From Escherichia phage AnnaReinhart_Bas75: DNA of 43,870 nt. The position numbers were made by a program, and so were the translations under genes. Of this stretch, positions 36,137 through 43,464 are shown in pieces. The notes beneath the pieces are model-generated. The model was given only the letters and a program-made list of their open reading frames with translations. It had not been told where the DNA came from and searched no databases. Numbering within the stretch: position 1 is the first letter of the stretch; every line of letters begins with the position of its first letter. Where the stretch lies: the sequence record PQ850596.1, one strand, 5' to 3'.

Positions 36137-36427
36137 TTACCGTTTAGCCAACCCTTCCAGCAAATTTTTATACTCTTCAAAATATTCCTCGACCAAATCA
36201 TCGCCGAAATAGAAGTCGATATACTCGAGATTATCTCTTACGTTAAGCGATGCCGACATGGTGCTTAGTTGGCGTAAGCTAATTAGCTTCATTTCTGTTT
36301 CTACGCAGAAAGGCCGGTAGGTATCAAGATGGCAAGAGATATTGAAGCATAAAGCGAACTCTCCGGCCACGGAGTGAACCATATACACTTCGTTTTCTGC
36401 TTTATTGTGGAAAATTACGCCTTTCAT
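36137..36427 (-). CDS. hypothetical protein (96 aa)
   Basis: Start overlaps stop of upstream HTH gene; acidic C-terminus. Confidence 0.5.
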   Translation of the reverse strand: MKGVIFHNKAENEVYMVHSVAGEFALCFNISCHLDTYRPFCVETEMKLISLRQLSTMSASLNVRDNLEYIDFYFGDDLVEEYFEEYKNLLEGLAKR

Positions 36428-36606
36428 TTCACGTTCTCCTTAATCCATGCTTCGACTTTATTACGGTCAAATGTTCCCGGTAAACGGCGGCCCATAACCT
36501 TAATACAGCAGTCAGGGAATTTGCCGCTGCGCAACCAGTTATTAATCGTCTGACGTGTCACCCCGATACGTTCAGCTACTTCATTCTGCGTCATATAATG
36601 CGACAT
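36424..36606 (-). CDS. AlpA/excisionase-type HTH DNA-binding protein
   Basis: 60 aa from ATG 36606 (CAGGAGATATAAAAATG); motif TQNEVAERIGVTRQTINNWLRSGKFP. ORF-track version extends to 36720 but lacks RBS. Confidence 0.6.
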   Translation of the reverse strand: MSHYMTQNEVAERIGVTRQTINNWLRSGKFPDCCIKVMGRRLPGTFDRNKVEAWIKENVK

Positions 36607-36703
36607 TTTTATATCTCCTGTTTGTTTGGTGAAACTGAGTATAGGATAGCGGGAATGTAAAAGCAACCAATCTCTGTAATATTTAATCTTTACAAAAATG
36701 TTA

Positions 36704-36733
36704 TTGAAAGTTCTTGACACATGTTTGTATAAT
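36704..36733 (+). promoter_or_regulatory. candidate sigma70 promoter TTGAAA-N18-TATAAT
   Basis: Good -35/-10 with 18-bp spacer; no protein-coding gene follows for about 350 bp. Confidence 0.4.
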
Positions 36734-36757
36734 GGTTTTGGGACTTGTATATATTAC

Positions 36758-36795
36758 GGAGTTGACGAACCCTCCCCGAGGGATTCGTCAACTCC
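36758..36795 (+). other. long inverted repeat / RNA hairpin (17 bp stem with one bulge, CCC loop)
   Basis: GGAGTTGACGAA-CCCTC ccc GAGGG-a-TTCGTCAACTCC read directly from sequence. Confidence 0.6.
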
Positions 36796-36932
36796 TCCCA
36801 GACAGCTGAGATGCTTGCCTTGGGGTTTAAGGATAAGTGTATCTAAATCTCATTTAAAGAAGTAACCCGCTGAAATATCTACTGTTTCTTAATGTGCCGT
36901 AGATTCGCAACCGTAAAAATGTAACGATTATT

Positions 36933-36955
36933 GGGCAGGCTTAAGCCTGCCCTTT
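36933..36955 (+). terminator. hairpin GGGCAGGC-ttaa-GCCTGCCC followed by TTTAGTT
   Basis: Perfect 8-bp stem, plus-strand orientation, in a non-coding region. Confidence 0.5.
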
Positions 36956-37024
36956 AGTTACCAAGTAATAAGAATAAAGGCACAACCCTCCCCGAAGAAT
37001 CACAACGGCAACGTAACTATTCTC

Positions 37025-37053
37025 TTGCACACCCCAATATAATAGGATACTAT
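37025..37053 (+). promoter_or_regulatory. sigma70-like promoter TTGCAC-N17-TACTAT with AATAG-N4-CTATT palindrome
   Basis: Near-identical to 5139 and 14262 copies; followed by CGAAACGAGA leader, AGAGGAG RBS and ATG 37088. Confidence 0.6.
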
Positions 37054-37087
37054 TCACTTATCGAAACGAGACAGAGGAGTGGTGGTT

Positions 37088-37279
37088 ATGTTTAAGAAGG
37101 GTCAGTTGATTAAAACGATGTACGGTAGCTTAGGTATTATTGAAAAGAAATCGGCAGTGTACCGAAGTTCTTATGTCGTTAGCTTACTCAGGGAGCACGG
37201 GTTAAGTTCCGCGGCGTATTACCAAGAGTATGAAATGAAACTAATTGGCAACAATTTTAAATTCAAAGGGGTGAAGTGA
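37088..37279 (+). CDS. hypothetical early protein (63 aa)
   Basis: First gene after promoter 37025; RBS AGAGGAG. Confidence 0.5.
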   Translation: MFKKGQLIKTMYGSLGIIEKKSAVYRSSYVVSLLREHGLSSAAYYQEYEMKLIGNNFKFKGVK

Positions 37280-37494
37280 TGGAAGAATTAATTTGTATTG
37301 AATCCCGCCAGGATGTGCAGGATTGGTTTGTGAAAGGTAACAAATATTCGTCAGGAGTATATTACGACGGCCGTCGATACGTTTTAGATGAAGACGGTGA
37401 TGAATGGGATTTAGAGGACACTGTGGGCGAGACTTTAACCGTTAGTTTTCTTCAATGTTGTTTCCGCATCATTCACAACGGCGCCGAATCATGA
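37279..37494 (+). CDS. hypothetical early protein (71 aa), acidic
   Basis: ATG overlaps upstream stop; RBS AAAGGGG. Confidence 0.5.
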   Translation: MEELICIESRQDVQDWFVKGNKYSSGVYYDGRRYVLDEDGDEWDLEDTVGETLTVSFLQCCFRIIHNGAES

Positions 37495-37526
37495 TGCTCG
37501 TGCCGACGACTCTGAGGGAGGTTGCC

Positions 37527-37751
37527 GTGAATAATATTTTAATTGTGGGGGTTGATATGAGTCCATATAACCAATTCCGCCTTGAGCGTCTACGTCGCGG
37601 ATTAAGTAACGCTAAATTAGCTCTCGATATATGGGAGAGTACGCCATATTTTTCCTCGAAGGCCTGGTATGTAGCTCGCGCTAAAGCGTCCGTACAGTAC
37701 CGCGAGTATAAGTTAAACAGTTTCCTTAAACACCACGGGGTAGCGTTATGA
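37527..37751 (+). CDS. hypothetical early protein (74 aa)
   Basis: GTG start with strong GAGGGAGG RBS; ORF-track version starts upstream at 37455. Confidence 0.45.
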   Translation: MNNILIVGVDMSPYNQFRLERLRRGLSNAKLALDIWESTPYFSSKAWYVARAKASVQYREYKLNSFLKHHGVAL

Positions 37752-37891
37752 GAGAAGCATTCGAACGATGGGCCGTCGTAGAGGGTCTGCCGGTTAACAA
37801 GGGTTTAAAGAAAGAGTACCTGAACGTTAAGACGCGTCTTGCGTGGCGGGCGTGGAAAGCTGGTGCGCAAGCTGTGATGAATAAGGGGTGA
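37748..37891 (+). CDS. hypothetical early protein (47 aa; unlisted)
   Basis: ATGA overlap with previous gene; ends 3 nt before the next ATG. Confidence 0.35.
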   Translation: MREAFERWAVVEGLPVNKGLKKEYLNVKTRLAWRAWKAGAQAVMNKG

Positions 37892-37894
37892 TTT

Positions 37895-38089
37895 ATGGGT
37901 AAGTGGATTAAGTGTAGTGAGCGGATGCCGGGTGACTTTGAAGATGTCCTGGTTTCGGATGGGGGTAACGTCGAGGTGATGTGGTGGGACTGCGACGGTT
38001 TCTGGGATTGTTGGGCGCCGCGCAACTCAAACATCGATATAGACGATGTGACTCACTGGATGCCGTTACCTGAGCCGCCAGAAGTGTGA
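37895..38089 (+). CDS. DUF551-like small protein
   Basis: 64 aa; Trp/Cys/Asp-rich with WIKCSERMP ... HWMPLPEPP pattern resembling DUF551 as I recall it. Confidence 0.45.
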   Translation: MGKWIKCSERMPGDFEDVLVSDGGNVEVMWWDCDGFWDCWAPRNSNIDIDDVTHWMPLPEPPEV

Positions 38090-38232
38090 TGTTATATTGT
38101 AACAATAGTTTGGGATTTTACTGAGTGACTTACGCTGCTACACAGCAGCGTACAACTTTAGATTAGTGTCGTCAAAAAGCGACACTTTCACCAAACGCAA
38201 CAATCGAAGTGACTATTGCAGGAGACGCAACA

Positions 38233-38400
38233 ATGATTACTAAAGAACAAGCGCAATCATTATATGATGCGATTATCGCAGTTGCAGAGGCACACGCGGA
38301 CTACGCAACAGCGGATTACTATAGTGTTGACGACGCTGGGGGTAGGAAACGCGAGGCCGAGACAAATTTATGGGATGTGTTGCAGAGGATGACCTCGTAA
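38233..38400 (+). CDS. hypothetical early protein (55 aa)
   Basis: AGGAGA RBS before ATG 38233. Confidence 0.45.
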   Translation: MITKEQAQSLYDAIIAVAEAHADYATADYYSVDDAGGRKREAETNLWDVLQRMTS

Positions 38401-38440
38401 CCTGTCCCGTGGTGACAATACAAACACCAATAAAATTTAC

Positions 38441-38469
38441 TTGCACACTAAGATAGAATAGGCTACTAT
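38441..38469 (+). promoter_or_regulatory. sigma70-like promoter TTGCAC-N17-TACTAT with AATAG-N4-CTATT palindrome
   Basis: TTGCAC actaagatagaataggc TACTAT; followed by ACAAACGAGAGGAG leader and ATG 38501. Confidence 0.6.
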
Positions 38470-38500
38470 TCATTTACACAAACGAGAGGAGAGACGGAAG

Positions 38501-38650
38501 ATGGTTACTTTGATGGTTATGGAATTCGAAAACAGCGTAGCAACTTACCGCGAGATGACTATGGCGCAGGCGTATCACCTGGCCTCAAACGGCAACTTCT
38601 ACAAGGCGCAAATCATCAATGAGTTCGGGGTAATTGACTATGAATTTTAA
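38501..38650 (+). CDS. hypothetical early protein (49 aa; unlisted)
   Basis: GAGGAGAGACGGAAG RBS region then ATG; overlaps start of next gene. Confidence 0.4.
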   Translation: MVTLMVMEFENSVATYREMTMAQAYHLASNGNFYKAQIINEFGVIDYEF

Positions 38651-38912
38651 CAGTTACACCGTGACCGTTGATTTTGAGGGGCTGGAGTTGCCCCTCCCCA
38701 ACAACTACAGATATATAACACGTGACCGTTTCGGTTTTATCCAGGGGTGGCGGAACAAACCAACAGACACTGAGTTCGGGATGTCAGGAGGAGAAGAGTT
38801 GCCGATCACTTTCGGGCATCAGAGTAGTAATGAAAAACTTAAAACTGTGATTCGTAAGTATCGACGCCGTGGTAATACCGGGCTTATAGCGATAACCGGC
38901 GCTGTTGAGTAA
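38640..38912 (+). CDS. hypothetical early protein (90 aa)
   Basis: ATG 38640 overlapping upstream stop. Confidence 0.5.
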   Translation: MNFNSYTVTVDFEGLELPLPNNYRYITRDRFGFIQGWRNKPTDTEFGMSGGEELPITFGHQSSNEKLKTVIRKYRRRGNTGLIAITGAVE

Positions 38913-38931
38913 ACGGGAGGAGAGACAGAAG

Positions 38932-39618
38932 ATGAGTAACAAAAACGAAGTATTCGAGTACCTGATTGACCAACTACGTCAGCAGGTAAATAACAACCAG
39001 TGCGAAGACCTGGCGCATGAGGTGCAGTCACTTAAGAATCAGTTACGTGATGCGTCGGCGCTGGTGGCGGAGTTGCAGGAAGACAACATTAAGAAATCTG
39101 AGCACATATCGCACCTGTCGGAACTGGTGGACGAGTTGATGGGGACTATAACGTTAATGAACGGGGACGTTGAGGCTTACAAAGTTCTACGCAAATGTGC
39201 GTGCGCCTATGGGCAATCCGGTTGTCGCGACGACGCCGCTCATATCGAGAAATCGTGGATTGAGCACGCTGGCGCCGCATGCCCTGTACCGGACGATACT
39301 GTTGTTGATATTAAATTCCGAAACGGCAAAATGGAAAGTAATACCAAAGCGCTATGGTGGAGTTGGGGCCTAAATGGCGGACCATACGAAATTGTTGCGT
39401 ACCGTGTTGCCGCGCAACAATGCAATAAGGACGATACTCGTGAGTGCGCGCATGATTGGGTGCTGGACGAAAAAGGGGACTACTTCATTTGCGCTAAATT
39501 CGGTAAGCAAGAAGCTGACTTAATTGATTGCCGACACACTAATACCGTCGGTTTGCGTAAGGGCTTTGCGCCGGGGTTTACTAAAAAGTGTCTGGATTGC
39601 GGGGCTAAACTGAAATGA
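38932..39618 (+). CDS. hypothetical protein with N-terminal coiled coil and C-terminal Cys-rich domain
   Basis: 228 aa from ATG 38932 (GGGAGGAGAGACAGAAG RBS); about 12 Cys in C-terminal half (CACAYGQSGC ... CPVPD ... CLDCG). Confidence 0.55.
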   Translation: MSNKNEVFEYLIDQLRQQVNNNQCEDLAHEVQSLKNQLRDASALVAELQEDNIKKSEHISHLSELVDELMGTITLMNGDVEAYKVLRKCACAYGQSGCRDDAAHIEKSWIEHAGAACPVPDDTVVDIKFRNGKMESNTKALWWSWGLNGGPYEIVAYRVAAQQCNKDDTRECAHDWVLDEKGDYFICAKFGKQEADLIDCRHTNTVGLRKGFAPGFTKKCLDCGAKLK

Positions 39619-39818
39619 CCAGCATCCTCTTTATCTGGGTACTGTCCGCAGGCCAGATGCAACTGGCGGCAGCAGAAACGTTTTATTCGATGGAGGCGTG
39701 CCAGTCAGCGGCACGCGCCGCAGAGAACGCGCACTTCCTGTTTCAGGGCGACAAGCCAAACGATTCAGAGGTACGCGCTATCTGCTCACCTAAGCGACTT
39801 GGTAAACAGGAGAAATAA
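39615..39818 (+). CDS. small secreted protein (67 aa) with signal peptide
   Basis: N-terminus MTSILFIWVLSAGQMQLAAA resembles a Sec signal peptide; two Cys in mature part. Confidence 0.45.
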   Translation: MTSILFIWVLSAGQMQLAAAETFYSMEACQSAARAAENAHFLFQGDKPNDSEVRAICSPKRLGKQEK

Positions 39819-39819
39819 C

Positions 39820-40005
39820 ATGGTACAGAGATACGATGTATGGTGCATAGAAGATATTTTTAAGAATAGCCACGACGGTAGCTATGTTAAATACGAAGAC
39901 TACGCGAAACTCGAAGCCGAGTTGCAGAAATACAAGGACCAGTTTCCTGATTACGTTGAGTGCGCGAACTGTGGGTCAGTTACACATGTGGAGGGGGTGG
40001 AGTGA
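39820..40005 (+). CDS. hypothetical protein (61 aa), CxxC pair at C-terminus
   Basis: CAGGAGA RBS; ECANCGS motif. Confidence 0.45.
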   Translation: MVQRYDVWCIEDIFKNSHDGSYVKYEDYAKLEAELQKYKDQFPDYVECANCGSVTHVEGVE

Positions 40006-40286
40006 TGTCTCTTGCAACTGACATCCTGAAACGAAGCGGCCTTGCGCCGCTGTCACCGAAAGTTAAGACGCGAGCACGTAACGCAACTTACAAGGAACTG
40101 GCAGAACGGCGTAAAGCTATCCGCGCCTGTGGATTCCAGAACGGGAAGGCCGTTAACCTCGGTGAGTTTAAAACACAGGAACGCGCGGCAATCGCTAATC
40201 GGTTATTTAATTACTGGAAATCGCTGGGATACGAGGATATTCCGACGAAACCACAGAGACGACAGTACATCTGGAGACACAAATAA
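40005..40286 (+). CDS. hypothetical protein (93 aa)
   Basis: ATG overlaps previous stop; GAGGGGGTGGAG RBS. Confidence 0.5.
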   Translation: MSLATDILKRSGLAPLSPKVKTRARNATYKELAERRKAIRACGFQNGKAVNLGEFKTQERAAIANRLFNYWKSLGYEDIPTKPQRRQYIWRHK

Positions 40287-40361
40287 ACCGTTATTAAGAT
40301 AATTCCTACCCGTGGTATCCTCCAGTTACTGCATACTTAATACGCACCTGGAGGATTCATC

Positions 40362-40670
40362 TTGGATAAATTTACTGAAACAGTGACTGGGTGGCTTCTG
40401 GCAGCCGCACTAGCTGGTGGGGTAATCGGACTACGACAACATAAGTCCGCTATTTCCGGCCCTATCGACGGCTTCTGCTTTATTGCAACTGGCTTCACTT
40501 GCGCCGTATTTGGCGCACCTCTCGCAGCTCAATGGTTTGGAATCACGGGCGACCGTGAAATCGCAGGCCTGGGCTTCATTATCGCTATTCTCTGGATGCC
40601 TATCTATTCCCGTCTGTCCGGTATCGTCGCCGGAGAATACATCGCACGTCGAGGAGGCCCGGATGAATGA
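40362..40670 (+). CDS. holin (three predicted transmembrane segments)
   Basis: 102 aa; three hydrophobic stretches and charged C-terminus; CTGGAGGA RBS; immediately upstream of endolysin. Confidence 0.6.
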   Translation: MDKFTETVTGWLLAAALAGGVIGLRQHKSAISGPIDGFCFIATGFTCAVFGAPLAAQWFGITGDREIAGLGFIIAILWMPIYSRLSGIVAGEYIARRGGPDE

Positions 40671-40935
40671 GTTATTCTGGTTCTGCGGTATGCTGGCAAT
40701 CGGAGGCACATCGCTGTTTAATGTGTATCATCCCAGCGTTGACGACGGGCTATTTGGCCGGGTGCTCTATATCCTGACTGCTATTGTCTGCGCCGCAGGA
40801 TGTATCCACCTGTTACAGGGCAGCATGTCTCCGACGCTGCCTGAGACATTAATCACATTAGTTGCGCTGCGCCAGATTCGTCAGGCGTGGCTGTCATACG
40901 GAGGACATAAGCGTGTCTCGAAATATTTCAGATAA
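40663..40935 (+). CDS. second lysis-associated membrane protein (two TMDs; holin or antiholin candidate)
   Basis: 90 aa from ATG 40663 (GGAGG RBS); two hydrophobic segments; overlaps both neighbours. Confidence 0.45.
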   Translation: MNELFWFCGMLAIGGTSLFNVYHPSVDDGLFGRVLYILTAIVCAAGCIHLLQGSMSPTLPETLITLVALRQIRQAWLSYGGHKRVSKYFR

Positions 40936-41398
40936 TGGATTGCATTTCACCGCTGCGTTCGAGGGATTCCGCGGAACTGCATACCGCGCTACGCCGAACG
41001 AGAAGTACCTGACTATCGGGTACGGGCACTATGGGCCGGACGTAACCCCGGGTAAGACCATCACACCGGGGCAAGGCCTCCTGTTACTGAATCGTGATAT
41101 GGCTAAGGCCGTAGCTGCGGTTGACGCAGCAGCACACCATTCATTGACACAGGCACAGTTCGATGCAGTGTGCGACCTGGTATACAACGCAGGTGCTGGT
41201 GTGATTGCAGCTGCTACCGGCACAGGAAAGGCGCTGCGTTCTGGTGACATCGCGACACTGCGGGCTAAACTGGCGCTGTTTATCAACCAGAACGGCAAAC
41301 CGTTACTTGGTCTGCGCCGCCGTACTGCCGGGCGTCTTGCACTGTTTGACGGCAAGCCGTGGCAGGAGGCGGAGGCCATTGGGAGGGCTGTTAAATGA
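40913..41398 (+). CDS. endolysin, phage lysozyme (GH24 / T4-lysozyme-like)
   Basis: 161 aa from GTG 40913 (GGAGGA RBS); N-terminal catalytic region FEGFRGTAYRATPNEKYLTIGYGH resembles the E...D...T lysozyme core. Confidence 0.75.
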   Translation: MSRNISDNGLHFTAAFEGFRGTAYRATPNEKYLTIGYGHYGPDVTPGKTITPGQGLLLLNRDMAKAVAAVDAAAHHSLTQAQFDAVCDLVYNAGAGVIAAATGTGKALRSGDIATLRAKLALFINQNGKPLLGLRRRTAGRLALFDGKPWQEAEAIGRAVK

Positions 41399-41487
41399 CA
41401 GAGTTTGACTTCATTTTCCTGGCTATTGGAGCTGGTGCGATAGCTGGCGCGATTTGGGGTGTGATTGACGCTCTCCGTAAAGGTTGA
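41395..41487 (+). CDS. small hydrophobic peptide (30 aa) coupled to endolysin
   Basis: ATG overlaps endolysin stop (ATGA); single Gly/Ala-rich TM-like helix. Confidence 0.35.
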   Translation: MTEFDFIFLAIGAGAIAGAIWGVIDALRKG

Positions 41488-41553
41488 CACCTAAGACTAA
41501 TCCGACGATACTTAAATCACCTCCTGTTCCATCCCTCTGCTCTCCAGTTTTAT

Positions 41554-41583
41554 CCCGGCCCTGACCCAGCCGGGATTTTTTTA
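41554..41583 (+). terminator. rho-independent terminator CCCGGC-N9-GCCGGG followed by ATTTTTTT
   Basis: 6-bp GC stem plus 7-T run after the lysis cassette. Confidence 0.7.
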
Positions 41584-41604
41584 TCTATTTTCTGCAATGA
41601 CTAG

Positions 41605-41633
41605 TTGACTATTACCTACGACCCTATTATATT
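41605..41633 (+). promoter_or_regulatory. sigma70-like promoter TTGACT-N17-TATATT
   Basis: Followed by CGACAACGAGAACGGAG leader similar to those after promoters 37025 and 38441. Confidence 0.5.
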
Positions 41634-41729
41634 TACTCCATCGACAACGAGAACGGAGTAGAGAAGATGAGTAACGTACAGACAATCGCAATAACCGAGG
41701 AACTTGAAGCCAAATGTATCGCATAGACT

Positions 41730-41915
41730 ATGGGTAATGACCTGGTTGCTATGCGTAAATTTCCAATGAAAATCACAGATACCGAAGCATTCAAAGACGC
41801 ACAACTGATGGCGCGTATCGCCGTTAGTAACCTGAGCCGCAATATCCCTGCGGATGCGTTCTGGTTCGCTGCTATGCAGACACTGAAAGCAGCTTATGCA
41901 GGAGAGAAGAAATGA
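41730..41915 (+). CDS. hypothetical protein (61 aa); possibly continuous with upstream 19-codon ORF 41667..41726 across an in-frame TAG
   Basis: ATG 41730 lacks an RBS, while ATG 41667 has a strong one and is in the same frame, separated by a single TAG. Confidence 0.4.
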   Translation: MGNDLVAMRKFPMKITDTEAFKDAQLMARIAVSNLSRNIPADAFWFAAMQTLKAAYAGEKK

Positions 41916-42064
41916 CAGTCTATGTCGTAGAAGGGCGTAACGAATATGAAGACCCCGAAGTATTGGGTGTGTTCGGCGCCGAGGAATCGGCGAAGCACTT
42001 TGTTGACATGGAACAGGGCACTTACGACTTTTTCTCAGTTACAGAATGGGAGGTACAACAATGA
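41912..42064 (+). CDS. hypothetical protein (50 aa; unlisted)
   Basis: ATGA overlap with previous gene; GGAGAGAAG RBS. Confidence 0.35.
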   Translation: MTVYVVEGRNEYEDPEVLGVFGAEESAKHFVDMEQGTYDFFSVTEWEVQQ

Positions 42065-42219
42065 GTGAACAAGGACCAGTAAGCCAACCATTACGGGTAG
42101 GCCGTAAAGTCAGTAACACCCCGTTCCCGTCACGCGAGGAACTGATGAAACGCAACAGTTTCCCCGGGCCGGACAAGAACAAGTATCTTAATCGCATGTG
42201 GGGAGAGCGTAAAGAATGA
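42061..42219 (+). CDS. hypothetical protein (52 aa; unlisted)
   Basis: ATGA overlap with previous gene; GGGAGG RBS. Confidence 0.35.
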   Translation: MSEQGPVSQPLRVGRKVSNTPFPSREELMKRNSFPGPDKNKYLNRMWGERKE

Positions 42220-42401
42220 CTGACCGCGAATATGAAAAGATGATGGTTGAGGCCGTTAACAGCGGCGTAGACATCGGACACGTGATGCGCGTCCTGAATA
42301 CTAAAATCGCGGTAGCCGAGCAAATGGTGGAGTCGCTTTATGAGACGCGCCGCGAACTGATTAACCGCTTCAACCTGAACAAAGGTGACACCAATGCCTA
42401 A
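42216..42401 (+). CDS. hypothetical protein (61 aa)
   Basis: ATGA overlap; chain of translationally coupled small ORFs. Confidence 0.45.
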   Translation: MTDREYEKMMVEAVNSGVDIGHVMRVLNTKIAVAEQMVESLYETRRELINRFNLNKGDTNA

Positions 42402-42693
42402 AATCACAATTGCATCGCTCGAGCGCCGTATTATGGTGCTTGAGTCGGAGAAACAGACGTTAGGCGGGCAACTGTCAATTAACGGTGAGTTTCAACTGGA
42501 GGCGTATAAAGAACTTCTAGAGGCGTTTAAAGAGCTACAAGCCATCGCGTCTGACATAGAAAATATGATTGGATTGTTGCAATCCGGGGAGTGGGCCGAA
42601 CACTGCACTAAATCGGCGTTAGGAAAACGGCTTGAGACGGAGATTACTGACATGCTGAGTTGTCTTGTTGAGGCGCCAGATGAGCACGCCTGA
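42394..42693 (+). CDS. hypothetical coiled-coil protein (99 aa)
   Basis: ATG 42394 inside listed ORF 42385..42693; overlaps previous stop. Confidence 0.45.
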   Translation: MPKITIASLERRIMVLESEKQTLGGQLSINGEFQLEAYKELLEAFKELQAIASDIENMIGLLQSGEWAEHCTKSALGKRLETEITDMLSCLVEAPDEHA

Positions 42694-42862
42694 GCCGGTA
42701 GTTATCGATGGCGTCCTGTGGAAACCTTACTCGGTTAACCACATCGACGCCGATGGGAAGAAGTTCAGTTTCTACATTTTTGCGATTAGCCGTGAGCACG
42801 CTGCGTGTGTAGTAGACGATATACGAGAAACGGCGTGGCTTGGCGATGAGATAGTGGGGTGA
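42680..42862 (+). CDS. hypothetical protein (60 aa)
   Basis: ATG 42680 with GAGG RBS. Confidence 0.4.
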   Translation: MSTPEPVVIDGVLWKPYSVNHIDADGKKFSFYIFAISREHAACVVDDIRETAWLGDEIVG

Positions 42863-42949
42863 GAGCATGAGTCTTGAGGCGGTTATTGGTCTTGTAGTGG
42901 CAAGCTATTTTATCGGCGTATTGGTTGGTTTTGTGTGGGGTCGAAAATA

Positions 42950-43231
42950 ATGGCGCGTACTGTTGCATCGAGATTCACTGATATTGAATCTGCGATAGAA
43001 GAGGCCGTCTATCGTAAATATGCAAACGCCAGTGAAACACAGAATTACGGTGTTATCTCGGTCAATGGCATGTTCGAAACACGCAGGGTGCGCGCTTGTC
43101 GACCGCAAGAGTTTATATGGTCTACAGAGGGGTTGGTTCCTCGGTGCCTCGTTCTTACTAACGGCAGCCATACGGTGTTCGTAGACCTGGATAAGAAAGA
43201 CATAACGGTTACTAAGGGAGAGATTAATTGA
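42950..43231 (+). CDS. hypothetical protein (93 aa)
   Basis: ATG 42950 inside listed ORF 42935..43231. Confidence 0.45.
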   Translation: MARTVASRFTDIESAIEEAVYRKYANASETQNYGVISVNGMFETRRVRACRPQEFIWSTEGLVPRCLVLTNGSHTVFVDLDKKDITVTKGEIN

Positions 43232-43464
43232 TTACCAGCATTCCTAACCTTATTAAAGAATTTGGCACGATGGCGGAGACGTGCCGACAAACAGGCCTCA
43301 ACGAAATGACGATTGCGAAGTACAGCAAAGACGTGAAATGCGAGCGCCATGTAATTTATAATAACCGCCTTATGACGCACGTTAAGACAAGCCCGGTGTT
43401 ATTCACGCGCCGTGGTATCACTAAAACAGAGCAACGCATTGCGCGAGAGGAGAGCGGGGAATGA
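43228..43464 (+). CDS. hypothetical protein (78 aa)
   Basis: ATGA-type overlap with previous gene. Confidence 0.45.
   Translation: MITSIPNLIKEFGTMAETCRQTGLNEMTIAKYSKDVKCERHVIYNNRLMTHVKTSPVLFTRRGITKTEQRIAREESGE

Larger units (their letters stand above)
36740..36955 (+). ncRNA. candidate structured non-coding RNA (promoter-to-terminator unit without ORF)
   Basis: Bracketed by promoter 36704..36733 and terminator 36933..36955; contains the 17-bp hairpin; longest ORFs are about 10 codons without RBS. Expression unverified. Confidence 0.3.

Noticed and set aside
36713-36733. TTGACA followed 8 bp later by TATAAT
   Set aside because: Spacer far too short for sigma70; the upstream TTGAAA with 18-bp spacer to the same TATAAT was preferred.
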